Source: an uncultured Negativicutes bacterium (GTDB lineage: Bacteria > Bacillota > Negativicutes > JBAXTZ01). Taken from it: DNA of 64,000 bases. Below, piece after piece: positions 29,901 to 39,432 of this stretch. Numbering within the stretch: position 1 is the stretch's first letter; each line of letters begins with the position of its first letter. Under the pieces are notes generated by a model that saw only the letters and a program-made list of their open reading frames with translations, was not told the origin of the DNA and did not search any database. The DNA is taken from contig CAVRJL010000006.1 in the NCBI GenBank assembly GCA_963721525.1, positions 1 through 64,000 on the forward strand, given 5' to 3'. The position numbers and the translations under genes are program-made.

Positions 29901-30278
29901 AAGAAGAAAAAATTTAAAAAAACAGCTTTTTCTGGATTGCTTTCTTCAGATATTTATTCAGGTAACGAGTATATGTTCGATTATGTAAATATGAAATTTA
30001 AAAAAGATAAAAGTTCCGATTATTTAATCAATAAAAAATTTTTTAATTTATTAATAAAAAATGCAAAAAATAAAATCTTAACAGCATCTGAAAATATTTT
30101 AAACGGATTTATGCATATAAAGCCAGTAAAATGCAAAAATTTAGCGTGCGAATACTGCTCATTTATTGATATTTGTCGATTTGACCAATCTTTAGGGGAC
30201 AAATATGAAATAAAAGCTATTGCAGATACCGAAGTATTTAAAAAATTAGAAACAGAGCTTGGATATAACAATGAGTAA
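26937..30278 (+). CDS. addB: ATP-dependent helicase/nuclease subunit B
   Basis: GLAGSGKT, IVPEQATF, SCPF, GKIDRID, IIDYK, LQL.VY and CEYC...C Fe-S cysteines. Confidence 0.93.
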   Translation: MRIIIGLAGSGKTTTCLEEIATEIMTNQFWGPLYLIVPEQATFEAQKKLAEICGKGFMRAEVLGFQYFAYHIYSKIENKKFYLSEAGRKLILRYLAYKNKKKFKTYGKNFSQRNFISELAEQIKDLKIHGILPYDLYNKYFGSASAKVSDISLLYKKCEEYKKKNNFVDSDDYMVNLPLLIPKYKKLKEAKFWLDGFNFFNKPQLNIIKALHNLNVDITITLTMDDINNDFSKHNNLFFQQYKTFQFFKKTYPKTKIIVKKEQKRFINKSIKLIGKSIIDDKRIENESWRGINFAKALDKNEEADWIGRKIIELVRDKHFRWRDIAVVGRNIEHYKNTLKNTFKTHNISYSFDEPYPVAHNCLSDFIRAIIEIKLKNWDYQAVFSSIKTGMFNEFFDNYEYDKLENYVLKYGIKGKNWQKEFIYGFQGEEKEKEKSKLNCVREYLKKTINIFCKNSLKETIKKYVQSLEELLKVIKAELYLENLAIKAEKENDKAASAGYRRVWQVINEIFKELKLISNNEKISLNEFASIISEGLDAVQIKITPPGLDYLGVYSIDSMRMPEKQAIFILGMNEGILPQYDINESSLLNQNDYEQLNKVGIETPISGIDKIFADYFIFYSALSQAREYLFFSYSSINTRGKIQYPSFFLEKIIKMMGKEYDVASSYNQICSQHNIKTTALDYFSSFKRAKNEFAKLVREGIKRESELPYWRVLHEKIVQDKNSNIYKALAYNNDSDNLSPNIAQKLIMNDNAFVGNVTKFETYFSCPFKFFVNYMLKLKKREKFNLEILDVGNIYHETLYCIGKIFTENGFLMNFKNIEQSNFTVILKKIREIFETQADKIKNNLFSSNSFATILKKRLYKRFKKTFIQIVSFSKYSKFDTIYLEKTFGNKDCTWEGLELKEKKVLINGKIDRIDLLKFNGKKYGLIIDYKTNKSELNFCELYFGLKLQLPVYLETFLQNYAYKTEPAGVLYIGLENDRISTGYEDDIKKKKFKKTAFSGLLSSDIYSGNEYMFDYVNMKFKKDKSSDYLINKKFFNLLIKNAKNKILTASENILNGFMHIKPVKCKNLACEYCSFIDICRFDQSLGDKYEIKAIADTEVFKKLETELGYNNE

Positions 30279-33200
30279 TTATTTATTTAAAGATGCCCAA
30301 AATAGGGAATACATAAGAAATCAATTTGGGAAAAATATTTTAGTATCTGCTTCTGCTGGTTCAGGTAAAACTTCGTCTCTTACTCAAAGGGCAATTAATG
30401 TACTAAAAAATAAGGACGAAAACGGTAATTATTATTCTATTGACCAAATATTACTTGTAACGTTTACTGATGCGGCAGCTACAGAAATAAAAGAAAGAAT
30501 AGGTAGCATTTTAGCTAAAGAAGCGAAAGAGGCAGAGACAAACGCTGATTTTGATTTGGTAAAACATTTATATCGTCAACAATTATTGTTGGGGCAAGCA
30601 TGGATATCAACAATTCATTCTTTATGTGCGCGCCTTATTCGCCGGTATTTTCATCTATTAGAAATTGACGCTAAATTTCGTTTAGCTGACGAAACAGAAT
30701 CTCGTATGTTAATGCAAGATTGTGTAGAATATTTATTTGAGCGATATTATAATAAGAAAGATAATGATTTTATTTTATTGACAAAATGGTTTTGTTCAGA
30801 TCTAAATGATAACGCATTATACAAAGCAATATTTGATATTTATAAATTTACCTGTAATAGAATAGATAAAGAAGAATGGCTAAATAATTGTTCAGATCAA
30901 TTTTGGCCAAAAAATGCGCAAAAGATTACTGAGTGTGAATGGGGAAGAGAATTTTTAAACTATGTTTATACCAAATTGGAAAAAGCATTATGTTTATTGG
31001 AAAAAGGAATACAAACGGGAAGACACAGTGATGCAATGGAAACTATATTACAAATATGTTTTAATGAGCAAAATCAACTTAGGCGGATAAAAAATTATAA
31101 AAATTATTCTCAATTACGAGAAAATTTACGAAAAGTAAAATTTGAAAGTTGGAGAAAATGTATAAGAAATGAAAAAGTATTAAAGAATAATGTTGAAAAA
31201 TTCGACAAAATAAAAAAATTTATAAATGAACAAAGAAAAATAATAAAAACTTTAACAAAAAATTTTTTTCAGACAGAAGAAGAAATAATAAAAAAAAATA
31301 ATACTGTTCGTTTAATAATAGAAAAACTAATAGAAGTGACAAAAAATTTTATTACAGTTTATGCATTAAGAAAAAAGGAAAAATCAATTTTCGATTTTAA
31401 TGATTTAGAAAGATATTGCCTGAAATTATTAACTGGCAATAATAACGAACCTTTAAAGGATTTACAAAATAAATTTGTACAGATTTTTATAGATGAATAT
31501 CAAGATATAAATGAAGTACAGGAAGCTATATTACAAAAATTAAATGGAAATAATTTCAACAGATTTATGGTAGGTGATGTTAAACAAAGCATTTACAGAT
31601 TTAGATATGCAGAACCAACAATTTTTTTAAAAAAATATAATATTTATCCTGAACATGATAATGCTAATTGTCGAAAAATTGATTTGTCATTAAACTTTCG
31701 AAGTTGCTCAAAAGTATTAAAAACAATTAATTTTATTTTCGAAAAAATAATGACAATAGAAACAGCATACATCAATTACAATGAGAGTGTGTCCTTAAAA
31801 TTAGGCGCAAAAATGTACTGGAAAGAGAATATTCATCGTAATGCCTTGGATCATTCTACAGAACTTCATTTTGTCTGTAAAAAAAATAAAGAAAATCGAG
31901 AATTGAATATTGATGAAGAGGAAGGAGACAAAAACGACTTTATTTATGAAGGACAAGTTATAGCCGATAGAATTAATGAAATGGTTTCTCAAAGTAAATT
32001 AACTTACGATAAAATACTTGATATATGGCGTCCTATCCAATATAAAGATATAGCTGTTTTATTTCGTTCGAGTAGACATATATCTAACTTAGTCAATATT
32101 TTACGCAATAATGGAATACCCAGCCATACAAACCGCATTGAAGGATTTTTTCTTTCATTTGAAATAAAAATTATGATTTCTTTATTAAGCGTAATTGATA
32201 ATCCATTACAAGATATTCATCTTGTTGGAGTATTAAGATCTCCATTATTTGAGTTTAATAATGATGAATTAGCACAAATTCGCTTATATGAACGTATTGG
32301 ATATTTTTGGGATGGAATACAAAAAGCTACTGAATCCGAAATAGAAAATGAATTGAAAAATAAATGTTTAAATTTTATTAAGGAGATAAATTTTTGGCGA
32401 GAATTAAGTAGAAGAACATCGATATACGAACTTATTCAAGATATATATGAAACAAAAGATTTTTTGAATTATATAGCAGTATTACCTTTTGGGGATGTAA
32501 GGCAAGCTAACTTACGTTTGTTACAAGATAAAGCTTTACAGTACGAACAAACTGCTTATAAAGGACTATTTCGTTTTATAAAATATATTGAAGAATTGAA
32601 AGAAAGAAAAGTGAACTTAGCTCAAGGACAAATTTTAAGCGAAAGCGATAATATTGTACGTGTTTCAACTATACATAGCAGTAAGGGATTGGAATATCCA
32701 GTAGTAATAATAGGTGAATTAGGAAGAAAATTATTAACTGAAAAAGATATTGATAATAAATTATTTAATTTGCATAAACAACTAGGTATAGGGATGAAAT
32801 TTGTCGATTTGAAAAGTAATATAGTTTTTGCTAGTGAAATTAATAATTTAATTAATTATAAGTTAGAACAAGAAATGATAGCTGAAGAAATAAGAATATT
32901 ATATGTAGCTATGACTCGTGCTAGAGAAAAACTTATACTTGTTACAAACATCCAAAAAAAAAGTAGTTTGATTAATAGTGTAAAAACCAAATGGAAGCCG
33001 GCAATTTCTATAATGGAAAATGAAAAAATCAATAGCATAGATATAGCATCTCATAAATCTTGGCTTGATTGGATAATGATGGCATTATTAACAGATGAAG
33101 AAGCTTTAAAAATTATAGAAAACGAATATTCGCAAGGAATAGCTTATAACGGATGGAAAATATTCATTACGGATACCGAACAAATAAAAATTAAAGAACC

Positions 33201-33930
33201 TACTTTAGATCATAATTATATCTTTTTAAAAAAAATTGCTTCAGTATCTATTACAAAAAATATATTGCATATTGTAAATAAAATGATTGATTGGAAATAT
33301 CCTTATCCTCAAAATAATAATTCCCCTAAAATAACTGTAAGTCAGTCAAAAATGTTAAATGAGCAACTAATAGAACTTGAACCTGAACAGGTACCTTCTT
33401 CATTTTTTAAGAAAAAAGAATTTCTTAAAAAATGTTCTAATACAAAAATAGTTGCAGATATGGAAGTAGGCCTAGCTTATCATGAAATTTTTCAAAGGTT
33501 AGATTTCAATATACATAATAATTTAGAAAAAATAAATAATTTAATTGAGAATTTAGAAAAAAATACTATTATAAATAATAAACAAGCAAAAAGTATTAAC
33601 ATTTTAAAAATATTAGGTTTTACAAAAAGCGCACTTGCAAATAGAATAAAAAAATCAACCATAGTAAAAAGAGAACAGTCTTTTTTACTACGTAAAAAGG
33701 TTAATGGAAATAATATGCTATTACAAGGTGTAATTGATTTATTTTTTGTAGAAGATAATAAAATTGTTATTATTGATTTTAAGGCTAATAATTTAACTGC
33801 TCAACAAATCGAAAAAAAATGTTTGGTACGATTAAATTGTTATGCTGAAGCTATAAAAGAAATAACAGGTCTAAAAGTAATGCAAAAAATCATTTGGCTT
33901 ATATTAAAAGAGCAAGAAGTAATATTATAA
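30271..33930 (+). CDS. addA: ATP-dependent helicase/nuclease subunit A
   Basis: SASAGSGKT, TFT.AAA.E, DEYQD, VGDVKQSIYRFR, TIHSSKGLEY, YVAMTRA and QGVIDL motifs. Confidence 0.95.
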   Translation: MSNYLFKDAQNREYIRNQFGKNILVSASAGSGKTSSLTQRAINVLKNKDENGNYYSIDQILLVTFTDAAATEIKERIGSILAKEAKEAETNADFDLVKHLYRQQLLLGQAWISTIHSLCARLIRRYFHLLEIDAKFRLADETESRMLMQDCVEYLFERYYNKKDNDFILLTKWFCSDLNDNALYKAIFDIYKFTCNRIDKEEWLNNCSDQFWPKNAQKITECEWGREFLNYVYTKLEKALCLLEKGIQTGRHSDAMETILQICFNEQNQLRRIKNYKNYSQLRENLRKVKFESWRKCIRNEKVLKNNVEKFDKIKKFINEQRKIIKTLTKNFFQTEEEIIKKNNTVRLIIEKLIEVTKNFITVYALRKKEKSIFDFNDLERYCLKLLTGNNNEPLKDLQNKFVQIFIDEYQDINEVQEAILQKLNGNNFNRFMVGDVKQSIYRFRYAEPTIFLKKYNIYPEHDNANCRKIDLSLNFRSCSKVLKTINFIFEKIMTIETAYINYNESVSLKLGAKMYWKENIHRNALDHSTELHFVCKKNKENRELNIDEEEGDKNDFIYEGQVIADRINEMVSQSKLTYDKILDIWRPIQYKDIAVLFRSSRHISNLVNILRNNGIPSHTNRIEGFFLSFEIKIMISLLSVIDNPLQDIHLVGVLRSPLFEFNNDELAQIRLYERIGYFWDGIQKATESEIENELKNKCLNFIKEINFWRELSRRTSIYELIQDIYETKDFLNYIAVLPFGDVRQANLRLLQDKALQYEQTAYKGLFRFIKYIEELKERKVNLAQGQILSESDNIVRVSTIHSSKGLEYPVVIIGELGRKLLTEKDIDNKLFNLHKQLGIGMKFVDLKSNIVFASEINNLINYKLEQEMIAEEIRILYVAMTRAREKLILVTNIQKKSSLINSVKTKWKPAISIMENEKINSIDIASHKSWLDWIMMALLTDEEALKIIENEYSQGIAYNGWKIFITDTEQIKIKEPTLDHNYIFLKKIASVSITKNILHIVNKMIDWKYPYPQNNNSPKITVSQSKMLNEQLIELEPEQVPSSFFKKKEFLKKCSNTKIVADMEVGLAYHEIFQRLDFNIHNNLEKINNLIENLEKNTIINNKQAKSINILKILGFTKSALANRIKKSTIVKREQSFLLRKKVNGNNMLLQGVIDLFFVEDNKIVIIDFKANNLTAQQIEKKCLVRLNCYAEAIKEITGLKVMQKIIWLILKEQEVIL

Positions 33931-33967
33931 AAACTTAAACAAATATTAATAGTAAAATTATTTGAAA

Positions 33968-34358
33968 TTAAGTATCGATATGGATAAAAGACTTGTTGAA
34001 TGGACACGTCTTATTTTTGGCGGAAATGTTGTGGTAACAATTATTTGTCCGCATCATCGTCCGCAAATGGGAATAATTCGCCCTAAAGTATTTAAAAAGC
34101 CTCAAGAAGATTTTACAAAAGTAGGTAAAATTATAAAATTTAAAACAACCGTAGAAGAAAAAGATTTAAAAACAAAAATTATAAAAACTATAAAAAACAA
34201 TGAAGTAAATTGCAATCTAGAAGAAGCTAAAATAATTGTGGCAGGTGGCAGAGGATTGCAATTGCAAGAAAATTTTATTTTATTAAAAGAGTTAGCCAGT
34301 GTACTAGGTGGAGTTGTAGGAGCAAGTCGTGCTGTCGTAGATGTTGGTTTGATACCTT
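33968..34358 (+). pseudogene. etfA: Internal etfA fragment, inverted near-identical copy of 46070-46460
   Basis: 391 bp with about 10 mismatches to the intact gene; both ends of the gene are missing. Confidence 0.9.
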
Positions 34359-34381
34359 TAATATGAAATATGTTACTATTG

Positions 34382-35620
34382 TCAAGATATCGCTTCCATT
34401 TCTCGTAATTTTAAATAATCTTTTTCCAATAAATTTTTATCTAAATTGTATAAAAGTACGAGTCCTTCTATTTCAGTGGAAGGACTCGTAGCCTTTGTTA
34501 GCGAATTATTATCAAAAACCCATTTATGAGCAATATTAGAAGATATAGATTTTAGATTATCATCATAAAAATTTCGTATATCTTGCAGAAGAACAACCTT
34601 TCCATTACCCACGAATTTTTGAGGAAATTCGAAATATTCATAAAGTTTATTTTTGATACCTGCTACTATCAACATAGCTTGATTGTAACCAAAAATTTTT
34701 GTTTCTAATTCACTTATTAATCCCTCAAGACCTACTATCCTGCAATTTATTTCCAATAAGAATAACTCAGTATTAACCTTGATCAGATCTGCATTAACCA
34801 TACCATTTTTTACACCGAGTGCAGTTAACACTTTCCTTACGTATTCAATAATATTTTGATTGTGTATGGGATTAATTGCATTCACTGAATGATATTGAGA
34901 TATACCCTTTACCAGAATTTTATCACAAGAATAAATTCCGCTTATGTAATGTTCCCCGTTAAAACTAAAACTATTAACCAGGTATTCTTCTCCATTAATA
35001 GATTCTTGCACAATGATCTCCTCTGACAAACTGGTATTTATTATCGAATTTCTGATTATAGTTACAAGCATTTGAATTTTTTTAAGAAATTCAATATGTG
35101 TTTCACATTTTATTGCACTTATACCAGAAACGGATCCGTTAGGTTTAATAAATATTGGAAAAACGAAGTCTTTTATCTGCTTCTTAAGTTTTTTTTCATT
35201 AATATCGTTAATGGAGAATTTGAATTGTTTTATTGCTTTTATTCCAGCCGAACGCAACGCTTCTTGCATATCAAATTTATTTTTTCGTATCTTACTTGTA
35301 GAAATATCATTTGCATATTTAGGTGTAACCATTGATGTAATGTATTCTACTAGTTCAAGATTATCTTCATTTCCAGCTACTACAAATGTTACGTTATATT
35401 TATTAGAAATGTCCTGCGCTGTAACTAACTCTATTCCTTTTGTACTATAAAAAATCGCTTCAAAACATTTTTTTTCTTCAGAATATTTGTTCAACCATAC
35501 AGGATCATCTATATTTAATAATAGAGATCCAATGTTGTTTTTATGTAATTCATCGAGTAAAGTAAGTATTGATGCGCGAGGATTTATTATCATACAATAT
35601 TCGGAATATCTATTGCTCAT
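34382..35620 (-). CDS. ATP-grasp domain protein (carboxylate-amine ligase-like)
   Basis: RKNKFDMQEALR, PIFIKP..S, VQESINGEEY and LLEINCR motifs. Confidence 0.8.
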   Translation of the reverse strand: MSNRYSEYCMIINPRASILTLLDELHKNNIGSLLLNIDDPVWLNKYSEEKKCFEAIFYSTKGIELVTAQDISNKYNVTFVVAGNEDNLELVEYITSMVTPKYANDISTSKIRKNKFDMQEALRSAGIKAIKQFKFSINDINEKKLKKQIKDFVFPIFIKPNGSVSGISAIKCETHIEFLKKIQMLVTIIRNSIINTSLSEEIIVQESINGEEYLVNSFSFNGEHYISGIYSCDKILVKGISQYHSVNAINPIHNQNIIEYVRKVLTALGVKNGMVNADLIKVNTELFLLEINCRIVGLEGLISELETKIFGYNQAMLIVAGIKNKLYEYFEFPQKFVGNGKVVLLQDIRNFYDDNLKSISSNIAHKWVFDNNSLTKATSPSTEIEGLVLLYNLDKNLLEKDYLKLREMEAIS

Positions 35621-35735
35621 ATTTTTCTCCTATTTTATATAATTTTATTTTTGAAATAATGTTATTAAAAAATACGTATTATTTAAAGCCCAAAGCCAAC
35701 AGTGTTTTTAGTATAAGTGAGAAATATTTTTTTGG

Positions 35736-37238
35736 TTATGTTCTAATAACAATTAACTTTTCCCATTCTTCATCACTTATCTTTAGATGTGTTAATTTAG
35801 ACATTAATATGACGTAAAAAAACAAAGCAGTTAGTACTCCAATAATCCAACCAAAAAGATATAAAAAACTCAATGACTCAAATAAACGACCCATTAAAGC
35901 TGGTATAATAGCAACTATCCAAACAACGAAGGCTTTTTTGTTAAATCCAGATGAATACCAATAACGATTATTTGTTTTTTCACTGTAAAGTTCGATTAAG
36001 TTAATTCGACGTTTTTTTATAATATAATAATCTGCAATAAAAATACCTGCTAATGGAGCTAACAAGACTCCATATAATCCCAACCAATCAAAAATATATG
36101 CATTTGCAGAACTAAGTAATTTCCATGGCATAATAATAATCCCAGATATAGCAGTAAAAGTTACAGCCATTTTATAAGAAATATGTTTTGGCCATATACT
36201 AGAAATATCATTAGCAGTAGCTAACATATTTGCGGCAACATTAAGCACAACTGTGGAAATAAGGATAGCTACCGAGCCTAAAATAATTACCCAACCATTT
36301 TTTGTTATTGATAAAACAGATACAGGATCCCAAATATACGCACCATAAAGAATTTTTGTTGCACCTGTAACAAAAATTCCTACAAATGAACAAATCATCA
36401 TAGTTCCTGGAAGACTAAATAAAATACTTACATTATGCTCTTTTTGACTTCTAACAAAGCGACTTAAATCAGGAATATTCAATGATAAAGTTGACCAAAA
36501 AGCTATGTTGGCTATCAATCCAGCAAGATATATTGACCAAAACTTAGTACCTATTAAGATATCACTTTTAAAATAAAAAGAAGAGAAAAAAGAATATCCT
36601 TTTTCTCTTAATTTTATTAAAAACAAAACAAATAGAGAAATAAAAAAAACTGCTAAAATTGGAGCTGCTATAGCTTTAGCTTTTTTTATTAAATTTATTC
36701 CTGAATAGCATAAATATGTGCATAAAACAAGTGTAAGAAAAAAACAAACAAAATCGACTATAATATTATTTTTTAGATTTGGAAAAAAATATATCGGAAT
36801 ACAACTAAGAGCTTGTCCTCCAATCCAACAATTTATTCCAAACCATCCAGCGCCAACTATTCTTCGTGCTAAAGCTGCAACCATAGCACCACGCATTCCA
36901 AAGCATAAGCGTGCAAATACTGGATAAGGGATTCCATACTTTATTCCTACATTTGAATTCAATATTATTATAAACATTATAATAATATTGCCAATTAATA
37001 CATTGGAAATCGTTTCCCAAAAACTTAATCCCATTGACATTAATCCTGATGCTAACATATAGATTGGCACATTAAAACACATAGATACCCAAAGAGCAAC
37101 AATATTATATACTCCCCATGAACGATCTTGTAGTTTAGTAGGTGCTAAATCATGGTTATACTAAACACTGTTTTTGCTCAACTTTTTTTCTGTTTTTTCT
37201 TCTAAATAAAACTTATTTTTAAATTGAACTTGTTTCAT
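35736..37238 (-). pseudogene. NCS1 nucleobase/hydantoin:cation symporter with an in-frame TAG at codon 26
   Basis: MKQVQF...SV*YNHDLAPT...W...WVSMCFN...YGIPYPV, GWFGINCWIGG, LNIPDLSRF, MPWKL. The TAG is at 37161-37163. Confidence 0.8.
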
Positions 37239-37355
37239 TAATTAATCTCCCATTCATATTCTATTATAACCACAGAGCACCTATTCATTTTGAACTTGTT
37301 TCATTAATTAATCTCCCATTCATATTCTATTATAACCACAGAGCACCTATTCATT
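37224..37355. repeat. Exact 66-bp tandem duplication of the NCS1 promoter/RBS/start region
   Basis: 37224-37289 is identical to 37290-37355. Confidence 0.95.
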
Positions 37356-37413
37356 ACAACAGTTAAATGTATAAGCATATTAAATCATTGATTTATAAAT
37401 AACATTTAAGGTA

Positions 37414-38628
37414 CTAAATATTATTTATTTTAGTATGAGATTTTTGTAATTTTAGTACTCCATACGGACAAACATGAATACATAATGAGCATCCATCACA
37501 GATTTCATTATTAATAGATATTTCTCCATCTATGAATTGTATAGCCGCTTGGCCGCTTTCCGAGCACGAAATAAGGCATTTAGCGCATTTTGTACATTTA
37601 TCTGGATTAATAACAGCAGCGCGCACAGGCCACAACATATTTAATTTTTCACGAGCTATAATTTTAGGGACAGCTTTACCAGTTATGTCTAGTAAATTAA
37701 TTATATTTTTCTTCTCTACATATTCTTCTAATCCTTTTAAAAGAGAGGTAATAATTTGATAACCACTAAGCATAACTTCTGTACATATTTGTACAGAACT
37801 TGAGCCAACTGCGTAGTGTTCTATAATATCTTGCCATTTAGATATACCGCCGATTCCAATAATCGGTACATTAACTGCTTGAGCTATTTGTGCAACGCAA
37901 CGTAGGGCTATCGGCTTAATTGCTCTCCCGGAATATCCCCCTAATGTTGAATGTCCATCAACTGTAGGTAAAGGTTCAAATGTATCAATATTTATTCCAA
38001 TTAGTCCTTGTGTTGTATTTATTGCAGCAATTGCATCTGTACCAGCCTCCACTACAGCTTTAGCCATATTTTGGATATAACTAATATTTGGAGTAAGTTT
38101 GGCAATTATCGGAATTCTTACTACTTTTTTTACCCAAGAAATAATCTGTGCTGAATTTTCTACATCTTTACCAACAGCTGCTCCCATAGCATTATCTAAA
38201 CGAAAATGTGGGCAAGATAAATTTATTTCTAAAGCATCTGCTCCAGCTTTTTCCATCCGCATTGCTAAATTTTGCCATGGTTCACGATTAACCTCAGCAA
38301 TAATACTTGCAATAACAACTTTATTTGGAAATTCACTTTTAAGCTCACGTATAGTTTTTTCCCAGTATTCACTAGGTTTTCTTGTTATACCTTCGAAATT
38401 AGCGAACCCTAAAATATCTTCATCTGTTCCTCGAATAACTCCAAATCTGTTAGGAGATTCATTTGTTAATAAATAATTTGACGCACAGGTTTTAGTAGAA
38501 ACACCTGCCCATCCTAATTTAAAAGCTTTTGCTATCCCTTCTTTGCTTTGAGTTGGAGATGCAGATGCCAAAATACAAGGATTTTCTAGTTCAATATTAC
38601 AGAATCGTACTCCTAATCTTGTACTCAT
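37414..38628 (-). CDS. preA: Dihydropyrimidine dehydrogenase subunit PreA
   Basis: LEINLSCPH, KLTPN, AINT, GGYSG.AIKP.AL and two C-terminal 4Fe-4S motifs. Confidence 0.9.
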   Translation of the reverse strand: MSTRLGVRFCNIELENPCILASASPTQSKEGIAKAFKLGWAGVSTKTCASNYLLTNESPNRFGVIRGTDEDILGFANFEGITRKPSEYWEKTIRELKSEFPNKVVIASIIAEVNREPWQNLAMRMEKAGADALEINLSCPHFRLDNAMGAAVGKDVENSAQIISWVKKVVRIPIIAKLTPNISYIQNMAKAVVEAGTDAIAAINTTQGLIGINIDTFEPLPTVDGHSTLGGYSGRAIKPIALRCVAQIAQAVNVPIIGIGGISKWQDIIEHYAVGSSSVQICTEVMLSGYQIITSLLKGLEEYVEKKNIINLLDITGKAVPKIIAREKLNMLWPVRAAVINPDKCTKCAKCLISCSESGQAAIQFIDGEISINNEICDGCSLCIHVCPYGVLKLQKSHTKINNI

Positions 38629-38689
38629 ATCTTATTCCCTTCTATCTTAATTAGTTTTATAGCGGATATAGCTATTATTCTTCATAATA

Positions 38690-39432
38690 TTAAAAATTAA
38701 GTTCTTTTTTTATTTCATATATTTGAATTATAAATGTTGCTGTTAAGATGGCAACTCCTCCAATAATCTGCAATCTTTCCATTAGTTCTCCTAGTGTTAT
38801 AAAAGCAATAATAGCTGCAATTACAGGTTCAATTGCAGCTGTTATTGCTACATTCGTAGGCGGTAAATAATGTACTCCTACATAAAATAGGCTATAGGGT
38901 AATAACGTATAACAAATTATTACATAAACATACATCCATAAAGGTACGATGGTAATATTTTGCCAATTTATTGATACAGGTACAAATAAATAAATTAAAG
39001 ATGCAAATAAGAAAGAATAAAAAATAATTGTAAATGGCTTGTATTTTTTACTAAGAGATTTACTTTTTAAAATATTGAAAGAATATAAAATTGCGCTCAT
39101 TATACCAATTGCTATCCCAAAATTATTTAATGTGCTAAAAGAATATGATGAAATCATCAGTAATCCGCCAAATCCTATAATTCCTAAAAATACAAAATGA
39201 ATACCATCTTTATAATATATTTTAAAACATTTCGGAACAAAAATCCCAAGTATAAAAAATAATATAATAGTTGTTCCTATTAAACGAATTTTTAACAAAA
39301 CTAAAGGATTTATTCCACATTTGTAAATATATTTTGTAACAGATCCGCCTCCACCTAACATTATAGTAGCTACTACTATTGCTACATACCCTATTATAGA
39401 GTTATTTTTAATAAAGCTAATTTTCTTATCAT
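38690..39432 (-). pseudogene. EamA/DMT transporter, apparently frameshifted at the 5' end and internally shortened
   Basis: EPVIAAI.A...LGE.....QIIGG motif. The ATG overlapping the upstream TGA is out of frame with the body, and the ORF is short for a two-repeat EamA. Confidence 0.55.
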
